A DNA stretch of 64,000 nucleotides, from positions 14,619 to 78,618 of the forward strand of contig JAQTQG010000003.1 of assembly GCA_028712375.1 (NCBI GenBank), read 5' to 3'. The translations under genes were made by a program, and so were the position numbers. A model generated the notes under the pieces. It was not told where the DNA came from and did not search any database. It was given only the letters and a program-made list of their open reading frames with translations. Of this stretch, positions 35,958-45,794 are shown piece by piece (the first letter of the stretch is position 1; every line of letters begins with the position of its first letter). The DNA comes from Candidatus Omnitrophota bacterium. GTDB taxonomy: Bacteria > Omnitrophota > Gorgyraeia > Gygaellales > Profunditerraquicolaceae.

Positions 35958-36947
35958 TTAATTTCCTTTATCTTTATTCTTTCTAAAGAGATCCAGAAAT
36001 TTATCTTCATACTCTTTATAAACATTCCATTTATCTAATTCTACCTTTAACTCTTTGGCTTTGGTGATATCCAGGCGGCTTTCTTCAAAAAGCTTTTCAA
36101 TTTTTTCTTTTACCGAAACCGGCAGATTGGTGAGCTGGCTTAAAGTTTTCTTGATCAACTCCACTTCTTCTTCTCCAATAGGAGCCGATGAGCCGGCATT
36201 GCCCAGCTTCAAATATTCCAGCAATTTATTAATTTCATTTTCCATTGCCTGCGCCTGATCTTTTAACGGCTGCACATTGATCTGCATGTTTAATATTTTC
36301 CCTAAAGCAGACAATACCGCCGCCGAAGCCTTGGGATTTTCAATCTGTATAGTATAAAGAGGTATCTCGCCCAACAAACAAATACCTTTTAATCCTGATT
36401 TTTTGGCGATGCCCAGAAATAAACCATTCATCCCGCTAATCTGTCCATCTGCTAAAGCGGTAAAATTATATTTCTTTAAATTATCTTTTGTTTTTTGATC
36501 GGTAGCCGCAAACCAAACCGCCGGATCCTGAGTATGCTCCATAGGTTGCGGCATAGAAGCAAAACTGACAATTGACTCTACGCCCAAATCCTTCGCCAGC
36601 CCGATAATCGCCTTAGCATAGCTGTCTGCTTTAGACAAATCCGGCTGAGCATTGCTTAAAAAAATAATCAAATCATTCTTGCCAGAAGGGGCGCCCTTAG
36701 CTGTGGAGTTCTTCCAATAATAAAATTTCCCCTGAGGAAGCAATGGAACCTCCAGAATCCCACCGGAGATAACACTTCCGGATAAATAAAAAAAATCATC
36801 CGGAATAATCCGGGCAAATTCTTGGGCCTTAAGTTCCTGGATTAAATATTCTGCAGCTTTAAATGCCACCTCCCCCATCCCCGGCCAGGCAACAATAAGG
36901 CAGGGTTTTTTCAAACGTGGTTTTTTAGTAATAATTAAAGGGTCCAT
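35958..36947 (-). CDS. PAC2 (proteasome assembly chaperone 2-like) family protein with a coiled-coil tail
   Basis: CLIVAWPGMGEVAFKAAEYL pattern. The likely start is MDPLII (36947); the track ORF extends to 36983. Confidence 0.7.
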   Translation of the reverse strand: MDPLIITKKPRLKKPCLIVAWPGMGEVAFKAAEYLIQELKAQEFARIIPDDFFYLSGSVISGGILEVPLLPQGKFYYWKNSTAKGAPSGKNDLIIFLSNAQPDLSKADSYAKAIIGLAKDLGVESIVSFASMPQPMEHTQDPAVWFAATDQKTKDNLKKYNFTALADGQISGMNGLFLGIAKKSGLKGICLLGEIPLYTIQIENPKASAAVLSALGKILNMQINVQPLKDQAQAMENEINKLLEYLKLGNAGSSAPIGEEEVELIKKTLSQLTNLPVSVKEKIEKLFEESRLDITKAKELKVELDKWNVYKEYEDKFLDLFRKNKDKGN

Positions 36948-37078
36948 ATTCTCTCCTCGTGTACGGACACGACACCGGCACAATACTCTGCCACCTGGCA
37001 GACACTTGCCCGATCCCTATCAGGGCAAGTGCAATAGCGTCGGGTGTAATCCACAGCTTCTTCGACGTTAACACTCTT

Positions 37079-38215
37079 TTAATTAAACCTGTATTCCTTT
37101 AAAAAAGCTACTAAAACCTGTGCGCCTTTATATAAATTATCTAAACAGGCATATTCATCGGCAATATGGGCGCAACCCTCTGTACCAAAGCCGGTAGCAA
37201 CCGCCGGTATGCCCAGCGCCTTAAAAAAAGTTATTACGGTTGCCCCCTCCGATCCGCTAATCTGCGGTTTAATCTTCAAACCTTTCATTGCAGAAACCAA
37301 GTTATTAACCAAAGGATGCTCGGGATCAATATAATACGGATCCTGAATTCCCTGAATTGTAATTTTATAATTTTTGGAGTGTTTGGTGATTACTTTTTTC
37401 AGGGAACGCAATATTTCTTTCTCCGAAGAGCCGGGCAAAAATCTAAAATCCAGCTCAAATTCACACCAATCACTAACCACATTCACTTTGTCTCCGCCTT
37501 TAATCGTGCCTACGTTTATAGTAGGAGCGTGTAAATATGGATTTTTGGTATATTGCTTGTGTTGGCGCTTAAGATCAACAATTATTTTAGCGGCCAGATC
37601 AATCGCATTAACCCCCAACCAGGGGTAAGCCCCATGCGCTTTTTTACCGCAGATACGTACTGTTAAATGCATCAGGCCTTTTTGCGTGACTACAATTTCA
37701 AAATCATCCGCGTCCAGGACAACCGCGACATCCGCCTTCAAAAGCTTACGCTCCAGTAAAGGTATTAGCCCTAACGCTGAACCGCTTTCTTCATCCGCAG
37801 TTGCCGCAAAGATCAAATCATAATCAAGCTGAACACCATCCTCAATTAAAGCGTTAATTGCTTCAAGCGCACTAGCCAAATTCCCCTTACAATCCGTGGC
37901 GCCCAATCCGTAAACCCGGTTACCGATAATCTTAGCTTTTAATGCCGGGGTTTTCCAGCTGGCACCGGCCGGAACAGTATCTAAATGCGGAGTAAGTAAA
38001 ACTGACCTTGTGTGTTTTCTGCCTCCCAGGGTGGCCACGACATTAACCCGCTTGCTGCTGAAAGTATAAGTTTTAATCTTTAACCCTAAGTCCTTTAAAT
38101 AGCTGCTTACAAACCCGGCAATTTCACGTTCATCTCCGGGAGGATTTTGAGAATCCAAAGAGATTAATCTTTGAATGGTCTGGATCAGCCTTTTTTTGTT
38201 GACCATAACGGACAA
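37079..38215 (-). CDS. M20-family metallopeptidase (ArgE/DapE-like deacylase)
   Basis: LLTPHLDTVP, GATDCKG, ADEESG. 378 aa. Confidence 0.85.
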   Translation of the reverse strand: MSVMVNKKRLIQTIQRLISLDSQNPPGDEREIAGFVSSYLKDLGLKIKTYTFSSKRVNVVATLGGRKHTRSVLLTPHLDTVPAGASWKTPALKAKIIGNRVYGLGATDCKGNLASALEAINALIEDGVQLDYDLIFAATADEESGSALGLIPLLERKLLKADVAVVLDADDFEIVVTQKGLMHLTVRICGKKAHGAYPWLGVNAIDLAAKIIVDLKRQHKQYTKNPYLHAPTINVGTIKGGDKVNVVSDWCEFELDFRFLPGSSEKEILRSLKKVITKHSKNYKITIQGIQDPYYIDPEHPLVNNLVSAMKGLKIKPQISGSEGATVITFFKALGIPAVATGFGTEGCAHIADEYACLDNLYKGAQVLVAFLKEYRFN

Positions 38216-38832
38216 ACCTCACATTTAGGATTTTGCTTACGGCAATAATCCTTGCCCAATTTTACTAACAGTGCATGATATTCACCGAACATCCCTGCGT
38301 TCTTGCTAAGGTTGCGCATAAAAATATCCTGTAGCTGCGCATAGCCTGCTTTGGCATCAACCAATCCGTGCCGGGATAGTATTCTTTTAGTGTAAGTATC
38401 GACGACGAATACCGGTTTCTTAAACGCATAAAGCAATATAGAATCGGCGGTCTCCGGCCCGATTCCTTTAACAGACAACAGTTGCGCGCGTAAAGATTTA
38501 AGTTCCTGCTTACTTATAAGTTTTACCTTACCCGCATAATAATCAAAGAAAAATTTAAGAAAATTTTTAATCCTCGCCGCTTTAACATTATAACACCCTG
38601 CACTTTTAATTAAACCGGCAAGTTTGCCTTGCGGTAATTTATAAAGCCGGGAAGCATCTAAAAGTTTTTTTGCTTTAAGGCTTAGGATTGCTTTTTCAAC
38701 ATTAGACCAACTGGTATTCTGAGTAAGAATTGCTCCTACAATAACCTCAAAAACGCTATCCGCCGGCCACCAATATTGCGGTCCAAAAACAGCATAAAGC
38801 CGCTTGAATATATTTCCTAACCTGCGTTTCAT
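38185..38832 (-). CDS. Endonuclease III-related HhH-GPD protein
   Basis: ILTQNTSW, LLSVKGIGPETADSILLY, VVDTYTKR. The C-terminal CX6CX2C cluster has Lys where the fourth Cys is expected. Confidence 0.8.
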   Translation of the reverse strand: MKRRLGNIFKRLYAVFGPQYWWPADSVFEVIVGAILTQNTSWSNVEKAILSLKAKKLLDASRLYKLPQGKLAGLIKSAGCYNVKAARIKNFLKFFFDYYAGKVKLISKQELKSLRAQLLSVKGIGPETADSILLYAFKKPVFVVDTYTKRILSRHGLVDAKAGYAQLQDIFMRNLSKNAGMFGEYHALLVKLGKDYCRKQNPKCEVCPLWSTKKG

Positions 38833-40766
38833 TCCTTCAGTTCTAAAGGATTAAAACCATAATAGGCAAACAGAGTATAGGCTGTGCCCGACACTGAACC
38901 GGTATGGCTGCCCTTGGGAGTCGACCAGCCATGGCCGGTATCTACCTGATCCAAAGTAGCATAGGGCAAACAACCTTGGCCTTGGCCGGAAGGAGAAGAA
39001 CTGGAAATAATCATATTCCCTAACTCGCTCAGATACATTTGGGCTTTCCGGCCATAACTAGCAGCCTTAGCCTTATCCCCTTTTTTTAAATAAAATTCTT
39101 CCATAATTTTATAAGAAACCACCATTTGCGCTGTCCATTCCGAAGAGACTACTCCTCCGCGGGAGGTATGGCGCTGCGGGGCAAAATCAAATCCTTTTAT
39201 TTTCACGCTCTGAGAATTTGTGCGCATAAAATCAACTTCTACGCGGCAATTCTCTTCTACAAATTCTAAGATCTTATCCGGATCCATACCTAAAGACAAT
39301 AATTTTTCCGGCCCTAAAGCAGCAATGCTCCAAGCATAAGTGTCAGTGGCAATGGTCGAGTCCCCCTTACCCCGTTTAACCGGTAGCTCCGGGCGACCAT
39401 AAGTATATTTAACCATCCAATCTACAGCTTTCTGCGCGGCCTGAGAATATTTTTCCTTTCCCGTAACCTGTGCCAACATATTAAAAAAAGCGTAAGCATC
39501 CAGGTTGTGCTCTGTAGCATACCAACTCATTGTCGGGCCGCCCCGGATACCGCCTTCGGCGTCCTGATTTTGTAAATCAATAATTGATTGGGCAATACTT
39601 TCAGCTAATTCCAGATAAGCCTGATTTTTAGCAAATTGCATATACTGCATCGCCGCCAAACCTACCCAAAGATTCGGACCGCTATGCAGGATAAATTCTG
39701 CCGGAGCGCCATCATCCACATAGTAAGCATTAAGAAACCAGCCGTTTTCTCTTTTGGCATTGTGAGCAAAAAAATCTAAAATTTTACGGGCGCGCTCAAA
39801 ATCCCCAAACCTGGAATAAGCTTGGGCTAACAACGCCAAATCATAGGTAAATGACCAATTGGCAATTTCCTTATCTCCCTCAAAACTAGCCACCAGCCCC
39901 GTACGGCTATTCTGATGAATTTTAAGCCATTGGTACATCTTATCAAAGTTGGCTTTCTCTAAAACTACTTTCTGTTCATCCAGGTGGGTTAATTCTTTAG
40001 CCGCGACATTCTCGTTACGCACCGCCGCCGCCAATTTATTTTCCAACAATAGTTTTTCTTCAGACAATCTGGCAATCAAGCCATTCAGCTGTTTGATCTG
40101 CTCCAGGTCACCTGCTTGGATTTGTTCCTTCTGAAACTGCACAGACTTAATCTGCTCCTGAAGCCTTCTTAGTTTCGCGGCAAAACTTTTACGCTGGGTA
40201 GCGATATTAGTTATTTTTTGTTTAGTCTGGCTGGAATCTTTTAATACTGTCGCCAGCTTTTCAATAAGCAATTTATTGCCCTGGGTCAATTTGAAATTTA
40301 AATAGCTGTTAACGCCCAGGCCTGCGCCCAGGATAATAACCAGCGCTAAAGCCGCCGGGACAAAAAGTTTTTTAAACCACGCATAACGCATAAGTTTATT
40401 ATTTAGCCTGGCCGGGATAGAATCATAATTTACTCCCACCAAATACTGGTGTTTATCCCCAAAAATATCTTTGGCCCAGACTATGCTGGCACGCGCACAG
40501 ATAGGCTTGCGGCTGATAGGAATATCAATTTCCAGCGACAGCTTGACATACTTTTTCTTGAATAATTCAAATAATTCCGGATCAAGATTGTTAATTGCCA
40601 GGCAGATCCCGCCGCGGCTGATATTGTTCGTAAACCCCTGTATCCAGCCGGAAAGAAATACATCCCCTTGCGGCTCCTGTAGCCTAAACTGCACCGGAAA
40701 GACAGTATCCAAACGCAGGTATTTGCGATGTTCGGCCGGGATTGATTTTTTATTTTTGAATAACAT
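38829..40766 (-). CDS. PilZ domain + TM + coiled coil + large C-terminal domain (possibly alpha/alpha-toroid)
   Basis: RKYLR...NNISRGG PilZ motifs, one hydrophobic helix, a Q/K/L-rich coiled coil, and a W/Y/A-rich helical-repeat C-terminus. Confidence 0.6.
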   Translation of the reverse strand: MLFKNKKSIPAEHRKYLRLDTVFPVQFRLQEPQGDVFLSGWIQGFTNNISRGGICLAINNLDPELFELFKKKYVKLSLEIDIPISRKPICARASIVWAKDIFGDKHQYLVGVNYDSIPARLNNKLMRYAWFKKLFVPAALALVIILGAGLGVNSYLNFKLTQGNKLLIEKLATVLKDSSQTKQKITNIATQRKSFAAKLRRLQEQIKSVQFQKEQIQAGDLEQIKQLNGLIARLSEEKLLLENKLAAAVRNENVAAKELTHLDEQKVVLEKANFDKMYQWLKIHQNSRTGLVASFEGDKEIANWSFTYDLALLAQAYSRFGDFERARKILDFFAHNAKRENGWFLNAYYVDDGAPAEFILHSGPNLWVGLAAMQYMQFAKNQAYLELAESIAQSIIDLQNQDAEGGIRGGPTMSWYATEHNLDAYAFFNMLAQVTGKEKYSQAAQKAVDWMVKYTYGRPELPVKRGKGDSTIATDTYAWSIAALGPEKLLSLGMDPDKILEFVEENCRVEVDFMRTNSQSVKIKGFDFAPQRHTSRGGVVSSEWTAQMVVSYKIMEEFYLKKGDKAKAASYGRKAQMYLSELGNMIISSSSPSGQGQGCLPYATLDQVDTGHGWSTPKGSHTGSVSGTAYTLFAYYGFNPLELKE

Positions 40767-40841
40767 TTTTATTCCTAAGTTAAAGACTCTTTAAAGTTAT
40801 ATTTTATAACAAATACCCGTTCTGGCAAACTTAAAATATGA

Positions 40842-41663
40842 TTAAGCAATTTCAAAACTTATAATATTATCCAGGCGGAAAATACGCTGCTCTTTTTTTA
40901 AACAGCAGTAAGCAACTAAATACATATATTTGTTATCTTGCCTGATTTCCTGCGGGATAACTTCACGCAATGAAAGTTGCCCGTTTTGGCTCGAAATGTA
41001 GGATAACTTTAAAACTCCTTTGGACTGTATGCACTGTTTAATCAAAGTAATTTTTCCCGGAGTGGAACTTTCCGGTGCTGCCGGATTAAAAGCAAAAAAC
41101 TTAGCAAAATCAGCAAAGCTGATAATTCCTCTTTGTTGACAAATAGTTTTCAGTTTACTAAAAACTTCCCAGGTCATTTCCACGTCAGCGAAAGCCCGGT
41201 GTTTTTGGGTTAATTTCACTTCCAGTTTCTGAGCGACAGACCAAAGCGCATAACGCGGCAGGCCGGGTAAAAGTTTTCTCGCCATCGTTAAAACATCAAA
41301 CACCACAAAACCGGTGATTGCGGAGGCGCCCAATAACTTAAGTTCACTATTTAAAAAACTTAAATCAAATTCCGCATTGTAAGAACAAAGGCAGCTGCCT
41401 TGGATAAACTCCAGAAATTTTGGCATCACTGTGCCTATACCGGGAGCATCTTTGAGCATCTCCGGGGTAATTTTATTTACCGCAAAAGCCCCCGCAGAAA
41501 TCGGTCTTCCGGGATTAACCAAAACATCAAATTCTCCCAGTCTTTGCGCGCCCCTCACCCTTAAACCGGCTAACTCCACAATCCTGTCTCCCGAAACAGC
41601 GGTAAGCCCGGTGGTTTCTGTATCAAAAATAGTAAACTCTACCTCTTCAATGTTTTCGGTCAT
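40842..41663 (-). CDS. DEDDh (DnaQ-like) 3'-5' exonuclease fused to a WYL domain
   Basis: FDTETTGL, YNAEFDLSFL, HRAFADVEMT. C-terminus LKLSYISSQNGQLSLREVIPQEI...YMYLVAYCCLKKEQRIFRLDNIISFEI. Confidence 0.8.
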   Translation of the reverse strand: MTENIEEVEFTIFDTETTGLTAVSGDRIVELAGLRVRGAQRLGEFDVLVNPGRPISAGAFAVNKITPEMLKDAPGIGTVMPKFLEFIQGSCLCSYNAEFDLSFLNSELKLLGASAITGFVVFDVLTMARKLLPGLPRYALWSVAQKLEVKLTQKHRAFADVEMTWEVFSKLKTICQQRGIISFADFAKFFAFNPAAPESSTPGKITLIKQCIQSKGVLKLSYISSQNGQLSLREVIPQEIRQDNKYMYLVAYCCLKKEQRIFRLDNIISFEIA

Positions 41664-42552
41664 CTTTGGTAACGATATAAGCTGGTACTAAACGTTCGGG
41701 TTTATAAGCAAGCTTGGTTTTACGTAAATTTTCTATCCCGGAATCATCCATAATATTAATATATTTATAAAACTTTAGTTCCTGCGCAAACTGGCGAAAA
41801 ATAAATTGCGCCAATCCTTTAACCCCCAGGTCTGCTATCTCATAAAGTATGCAAAAAGTATCGGAATTTAATTTATAACCGAAACTAAAAGCTTTTATTT
41901 CTTTATTCACCCTGACCGCAATCCCCTCTAAGTTCAATTGTTTATAATTAACCAGCACATCCTTGATTATTTTGCGGTTGTCTTCAAGCATACCACAATA
42001 AACATCATCCTGGCTATGTTCTTTGCGCTCTTTAGCCCAGGAATCAAATAAGCTTAAGCAGCCAGCCCTATCCGGCAGGCGTAAAATATGCCAATCATAA
42101 CTATAATGTTTAATAAAATAATTGTACGCGGCGCGCTGAGATTTAAATTTATTCCCCCTCAACAGCGCTAAATCGTTGCGCCGGCAAAGATAGTCCGGGT
42201 ATTTCTCCCGGCATAAATATCCTAAAGAACGATAATAAGCCAAATCCTGTTGCTGAACATTCTCAATACGCGAGATATCCTTATTTTTATTAATCTCATC
42301 CATGATTTTAAAAGCCTGCTGGATGACGGCTGGCTGGAGCTGTGTTGTCAGCGGGGGCAGGCACATAAAACACCCGACGGGGTCATGAAAAAATACACAC
42401 AGGCTTTTTTGGATAATCGCCCACCGGATATCATAGAGTGGGCGCCAGATATAAATATTCGTAAAAGAAAATGCTGCCAGCTGGCAAAAAACCCGGCCAA
42501 GATATTGATCAAATATTTTTTTGTCGCTTAAAGATATTTTATTCAGCTTCAT
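41647..42552 (-). CDS. DUF2156-like (MprF C-terminal / aminoacyl-tRNA transferase-fold) protein
   Basis: 301 aa. N-terminal ...AAFSFTNIYIWRPLYDIRWA... pattern, recalled from stand-alone DUF2156 proteins. Overlaps both neighbouring genes. Confidence 0.55.
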   Translation of the reverse strand: MKLNKISLSDKKIFDQYLGRVFCQLAAFSFTNIYIWRPLYDIRWAIIQKSLCVFFHDPVGCFMCLPPLTTQLQPAVIQQAFKIMDEINKNKDISRIENVQQQDLAYYRSLGYLCREKYPDYLCRRNDLALLRGNKFKSQRAAYNYFIKHYSYDWHILRLPDRAGCLSLFDSWAKERKEHSQDDVYCGMLEDNRKIIKDVLVNYKQLNLEGIAVRVNKEIKAFSFGYKLNSDTFCILYEIADLGVKGLAQFIFRQFAQELKFYKYINIMDDSGIENLRKTKLAYKPERLVPAYIVTKDDRKH

Positions 42553-43048
42553 CTGGCAAACTTAATTCCGCAACTTCCCTAACCTCCTCATAAGCCTGAA
42601 TAATCTGAGGATTATCTTTAAGCATTGAGCGCAACGCAGCAGAATTAAGATGTTTCGTCAGATAGGCAATATAATCTTTAGCCTCCTGGCTGTTTATCCT
42701 CTCGTATACGTAGGGACAATTTAAATCTACGGTTAATAAAACTTTCCCTCTGCGTAAATTAATCAAAAACGGGTAAAGCTGGCATTCAAACGGCCGGATA
42801 CTATAAATTTTACATTTGTTATCCGGAATCCCCAAAAACGGGCAGATAAAATCTCCTCCGTCGGGATTAGCGATCGGCTGAAGCCTCCGGTCAAGAGTAA
42901 TTGAAGCCGCCGGAACACCCGGTTTATCTGCCAAATCCTGAACTTCTTCATCCAACAGGCAGGGGCTCCACACTGAATTTTCCTCTTTAAACCGGCAGCA
43001 ACCGCGGCATTTAATACAAAACTCCTGCGGTACAAATTGTTTAATCAT
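42539..43048 (-). CDS. YkgJ-family Cys-cluster protein
   Basis: CIKCRGCCRF N-terminal cluster plus downstream Cys residues. 169 aa. Confidence 0.7.
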   Translation of the reverse strand: MIKQFVPQEFCIKCRGCCRFKEENSVWSPCLLDEEVQDLADKPGVPAASITLDRRLQPIANPDGGDFICPFLGIPDNKCKIYSIRPFECQLYPFLINLRRGKVLLTVDLNCPYVYERINSQEAKDYIAYLTKHLNSAALRSMLKDNPQIIQAYEEVREVAELSLPDEAE

Positions 43049-43365
43049 TTAACGATACTCCCTAATCTCAGAGTTTTTTCCGGGCTGATAACTGCCAGAG
43101 CATTCTCGTCAGATCCCGCCAAAATCATTCCCTGGCTTTCTACCCCCCGCAAAATTACCGGATCAAGATTATCCACCAAGACCACCTGTTTACCGACCAG
43201 CTCCTCTTTAGCGTAATAATTCTTAATTCCTGCCACCACCTGCTTCTGCCGATCGCCTAAATCCAGTGTTAAAACTACTAATTTATCTGCATTCGGATGG
43301 TCGTTAACCTCTTTAATCTGAGCAATCCTCAATTCTAACTTTCTAAAATCATCAATGGTTGCCAC
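43045..43365 (-). CDS. Stand-alone tRNA-binding domain protein (CsaA / MetRS C-terminal-like)
   Basis: IAQIKEVNDHPNADKLVVLTLDLGDRQKQVVAGI...VLVDNLDPVILRGVESQGMIL. Confidence 0.85.
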   Translation of the reverse strand: MATIDDFRKLELRIAQIKEVNDHPNADKLVVLTLDLGDRQKQVVAGIKNYYAKEELVGKQVVLVDNLDPVILRGVESQGMILAGSDENALAVISPEKTLRLGSIVK

Positions 43366-43543
43366 TTTATCCTCCTTATCTATCTATACAACATGCGCCA
43401 CAAGACGCATACCGGAGTAATTTCTATATACTCCGGGTGCCCACGCAATTTTCGCCGCCTGGCGAATACAGCGCAATTCCTATTCGCGTTAGATATAGAA
43501 TAACACCGGATACCTTGGCGGAACTTGTTTAGCATCAGGCTTA

Positions 43544-45055
43544 TTAAAACGTTACCTCCACATAAAACTCAAGCTGGTAAGCATTGTTCGCCTGGCCATC
43601 ACCCCGCACGTATGGACTAAAGGGGCTTCCGTCTGTATCATCGCGCTTTTCTTTATAATACTTTCCAGGAACAAAGATCCCGCCTAAAAAACCCAGGTTA
43701 ATATGCTCAGTTGCTTTGTAGTCCACAAATACATCTGCTTCAACCCCTAAATCAGGTGAAAGATACCGCGCTTCTCCGTCCAAAGTCCCTACCGGGCGGT
43801 TAAATGCCCTCAGATAGTATCCATACAGACTTACGCAAAGCTTATCGGTAACATTATAATCAAAGCCTACCGAGGGCATAATCAAATCTTCGAAATCTCC
43901 GGGAGAAAATGTCCCGGGCCGGGGCACTCCATAATTTAACCCGTATCCTCCCCCCATAGTTATAATCGGCAACATACTCACATTACTGCTGCTTACCGCA
44001 TCCCCTAAATTTCTGTTTGTAGGAGAAGCATAGCTAAAAGCCCGGTTCTTTCCTGAAACATAAAGCTCATCCGGTTTCCCGGCCATCTCCAAAGTTGCCT
44101 TGTTCCCGGAACAGAATAAAAATTGCAATTCCGGAACAAGCTTTCCTAAAACATAATCGAACCCGGAATAAAACATATAACCGGTATGCTCAATGTTTTT
44201 ATACTCGCTATCCTGGGTATGCGCATACCCAAAGTTGCGCGCTGCCTCCAGCTTTAAAGTAAATTTATCCGCCGCATATTCCCAAGCGGTGCCCAAAGTC
44301 CCCAGCAAATCCCGGTTTATCGGAGCAGCATAAAGATTATCTCTTTTGCCATTAGAGGTATAATCTGCCAGCATGCCAACATAAGGCCAGAATGTCTGAT
44401 TTCCTGCGGTAATTTTAACGTCGGTGGCAAAAAAATTGGCCGCATTCGGTTCGTATTTCTGCCCCTGCTCCCTTTCCTGTTGAATACGCGGGCCCAAATA
44501 ATATTTATAAGCTAAATCCGGCCGGCAATAATACAGGCGCCAAAAAATATTTTTTGCCTGATAATACACAGTAGCGCCGTAATTTTCATAACCGCCGTTA
44601 AGGCTAAAACCATTGCCTACTTCATAAATATACAACCCGGTCTTTAAGCCAAAATTACCCCAAAGCTTATTATCCAGCCAGGCTTCTTCAACTTGTGGGA
44701 ATAATTCTGCATTACGGTATTTTTCTATCCTGCCTCCGGAGGTAATCAGGGTGTTGTGAATAAAAAGCGGGGCATCATAATCATAAGGCCCATTACGCTC
44801 AAGCTTAATATAAAACTTGTTCCCGGAATCTTTAAAATCAGCATCCAGAGCAAAACTATAATCAATCCCTAAATAAGTAGTTTGATCGTCTTTATTGTGG
44901 CTATCCAAATCCACAACATTCTTCAGGGTCACTAAGTCCGTGCGGAAATAGGAGTTAAGTTGCAGCGTTAACTGATCGGTATTTAGTAATTCATAGCCGT
45001 GTGCCGCCGGAATAAAAGAGAAAGCTAAAAACATAAAGAGACAAACTATTTTCAC
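43544..45055 (-). CDS. Outer-membrane beta-barrel protein (porin-like)
   Basis: Signal peptide MKIVCLFMFLAFSFIPAAHG, alternating aromatic-rich strands, and a C-terminal ...YVEVTF. Confidence 0.6.
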   Translation of the reverse strand: MKIVCLFMFLAFSFIPAAHGYELLNTDQLTLQLNSYFRTDLVTLKNVVDLDSHNKDDQTTYLGIDYSFALDADFKDSGNKFYIKLERNGPYDYDAPLFIHNTLITSGGRIEKYRNAELFPQVEEAWLDNKLWGNFGLKTGLYIYEVGNGFSLNGGYENYGATVYYQAKNIFWRLYYCRPDLAYKYYLGPRIQQEREQGQKYEPNAANFFATDVKITAGNQTFWPYVGMLADYTSNGKRDNLYAAPINRDLLGTLGTAWEYAADKFTLKLEAARNFGYAHTQDSEYKNIEHTGYMFYSGFDYVLGKLVPELQFLFCSGNKATLEMAGKPDELYVSGKNRAFSYASPTNRNLGDAVSSSNVSMLPIITMGGGYGLNYGVPRPGTFSPGDFEDLIMPSVGFDYNVTDKLCVSLYGYYLRAFNRPVGTLDGEARYLSPDLGVEADVFVDYKATEHINLGFLGGIFVPGKYYKEKRDDTDGSPFSPYVRGDGQANNAYQLEFYVEVTF

Positions 45056-45171
45056 AATTTTCTCTCCTTGCTACAATCGCCTTAATGAAAAACTAATGCC
45101 ATAGTAACACCGGGAAATAAAAAACTCAAGGCAAATCAAAATTATACCTGTAAACCGGGGAAATTCCGGGC

Positions 45172-45199
45172 ATAAAAAACGCCATAAGTAAATTATGGC
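45172..45199 (-). terminator. Rho-independent terminator downstream of tRNA-Asp
   Basis: Minus strand: GCCAUAA-UUUAC-UUAUGGC followed by GUUUUUUAUG. Confidence 0.55.
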
Positions 45200-45211
45200 G
45201 TTTATTTATAT

Positions 45212-45290
45212 TGGCGGGGCCGACGAGATTCGGACTCGCGATCTCCTCCGTGACAGGGAGGCGCTTTAAGCCAGGCTAAGCTACGACCCC
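45212..45290 (-). tRNA. tRNA-Asp (GUC), CCA encoded
   Basis: Hand-folded cloverleaf. Acceptor GGGGUCG/CGGCCCC, anticodon stem CCUCC/GGAGG with loop CUGUCAC, T arm GCGAG-UCCGAAU-CUCGU. Confidence 0.9.
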
Positions 45291-45390
45291 AATATTGGTC
45301 AATAATACCTTAAGTTTATATATTGTATGTAAATTCCGAACAAATGCAACAATTTCTTCTCAGCTACACACCATCGGATGAGAATTAAAA

Positions 45391-45464
45391 TGGGCGATAG
45401 AGGAGTTGAACCCCTGACCTTCTGAATGTAAATCAGACGCTCTAACCAACTGAGCTAATCGCCC
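45391..45464 (-). tRNA. tRNA-Val (UAC)
   Basis: Acceptor GGGCGAU/AUCGCCC, D stem GCUC/GAGC, anticodon stem UCUGA/UCAGA with loop UUUACAU, T loop UUCAACU. No encoded CCA. Confidence 0.9.
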
Positions 45465-45794
45465 GTAAATTTAGGTTACTTTTCCCTACGATTAGCGTGT
45501 CCGCCAAAGCATTATGGCGGAGAGCTGATCGCCCAACAATCCCAATTTTACCTATTTCTACGATTAAATCACCTTGGCCGCGTTTTTATCATTACAAACA
45601 AATAAAATAAGGTTCGTTTTCGAGGCTGTAGGCCTTAAGCTCCAGAAGTGAAATCAACTATACCAGATTTACTAACCTCTGTAAAGCAAGATTTCGCAAT
45701 TTGATCAAATCACCAAATCAATGAATATTACACAGGGATACCCGTCCACATGGTTACTTAATAACTGATTACTTAAAAGGGGCATAACGACGCT

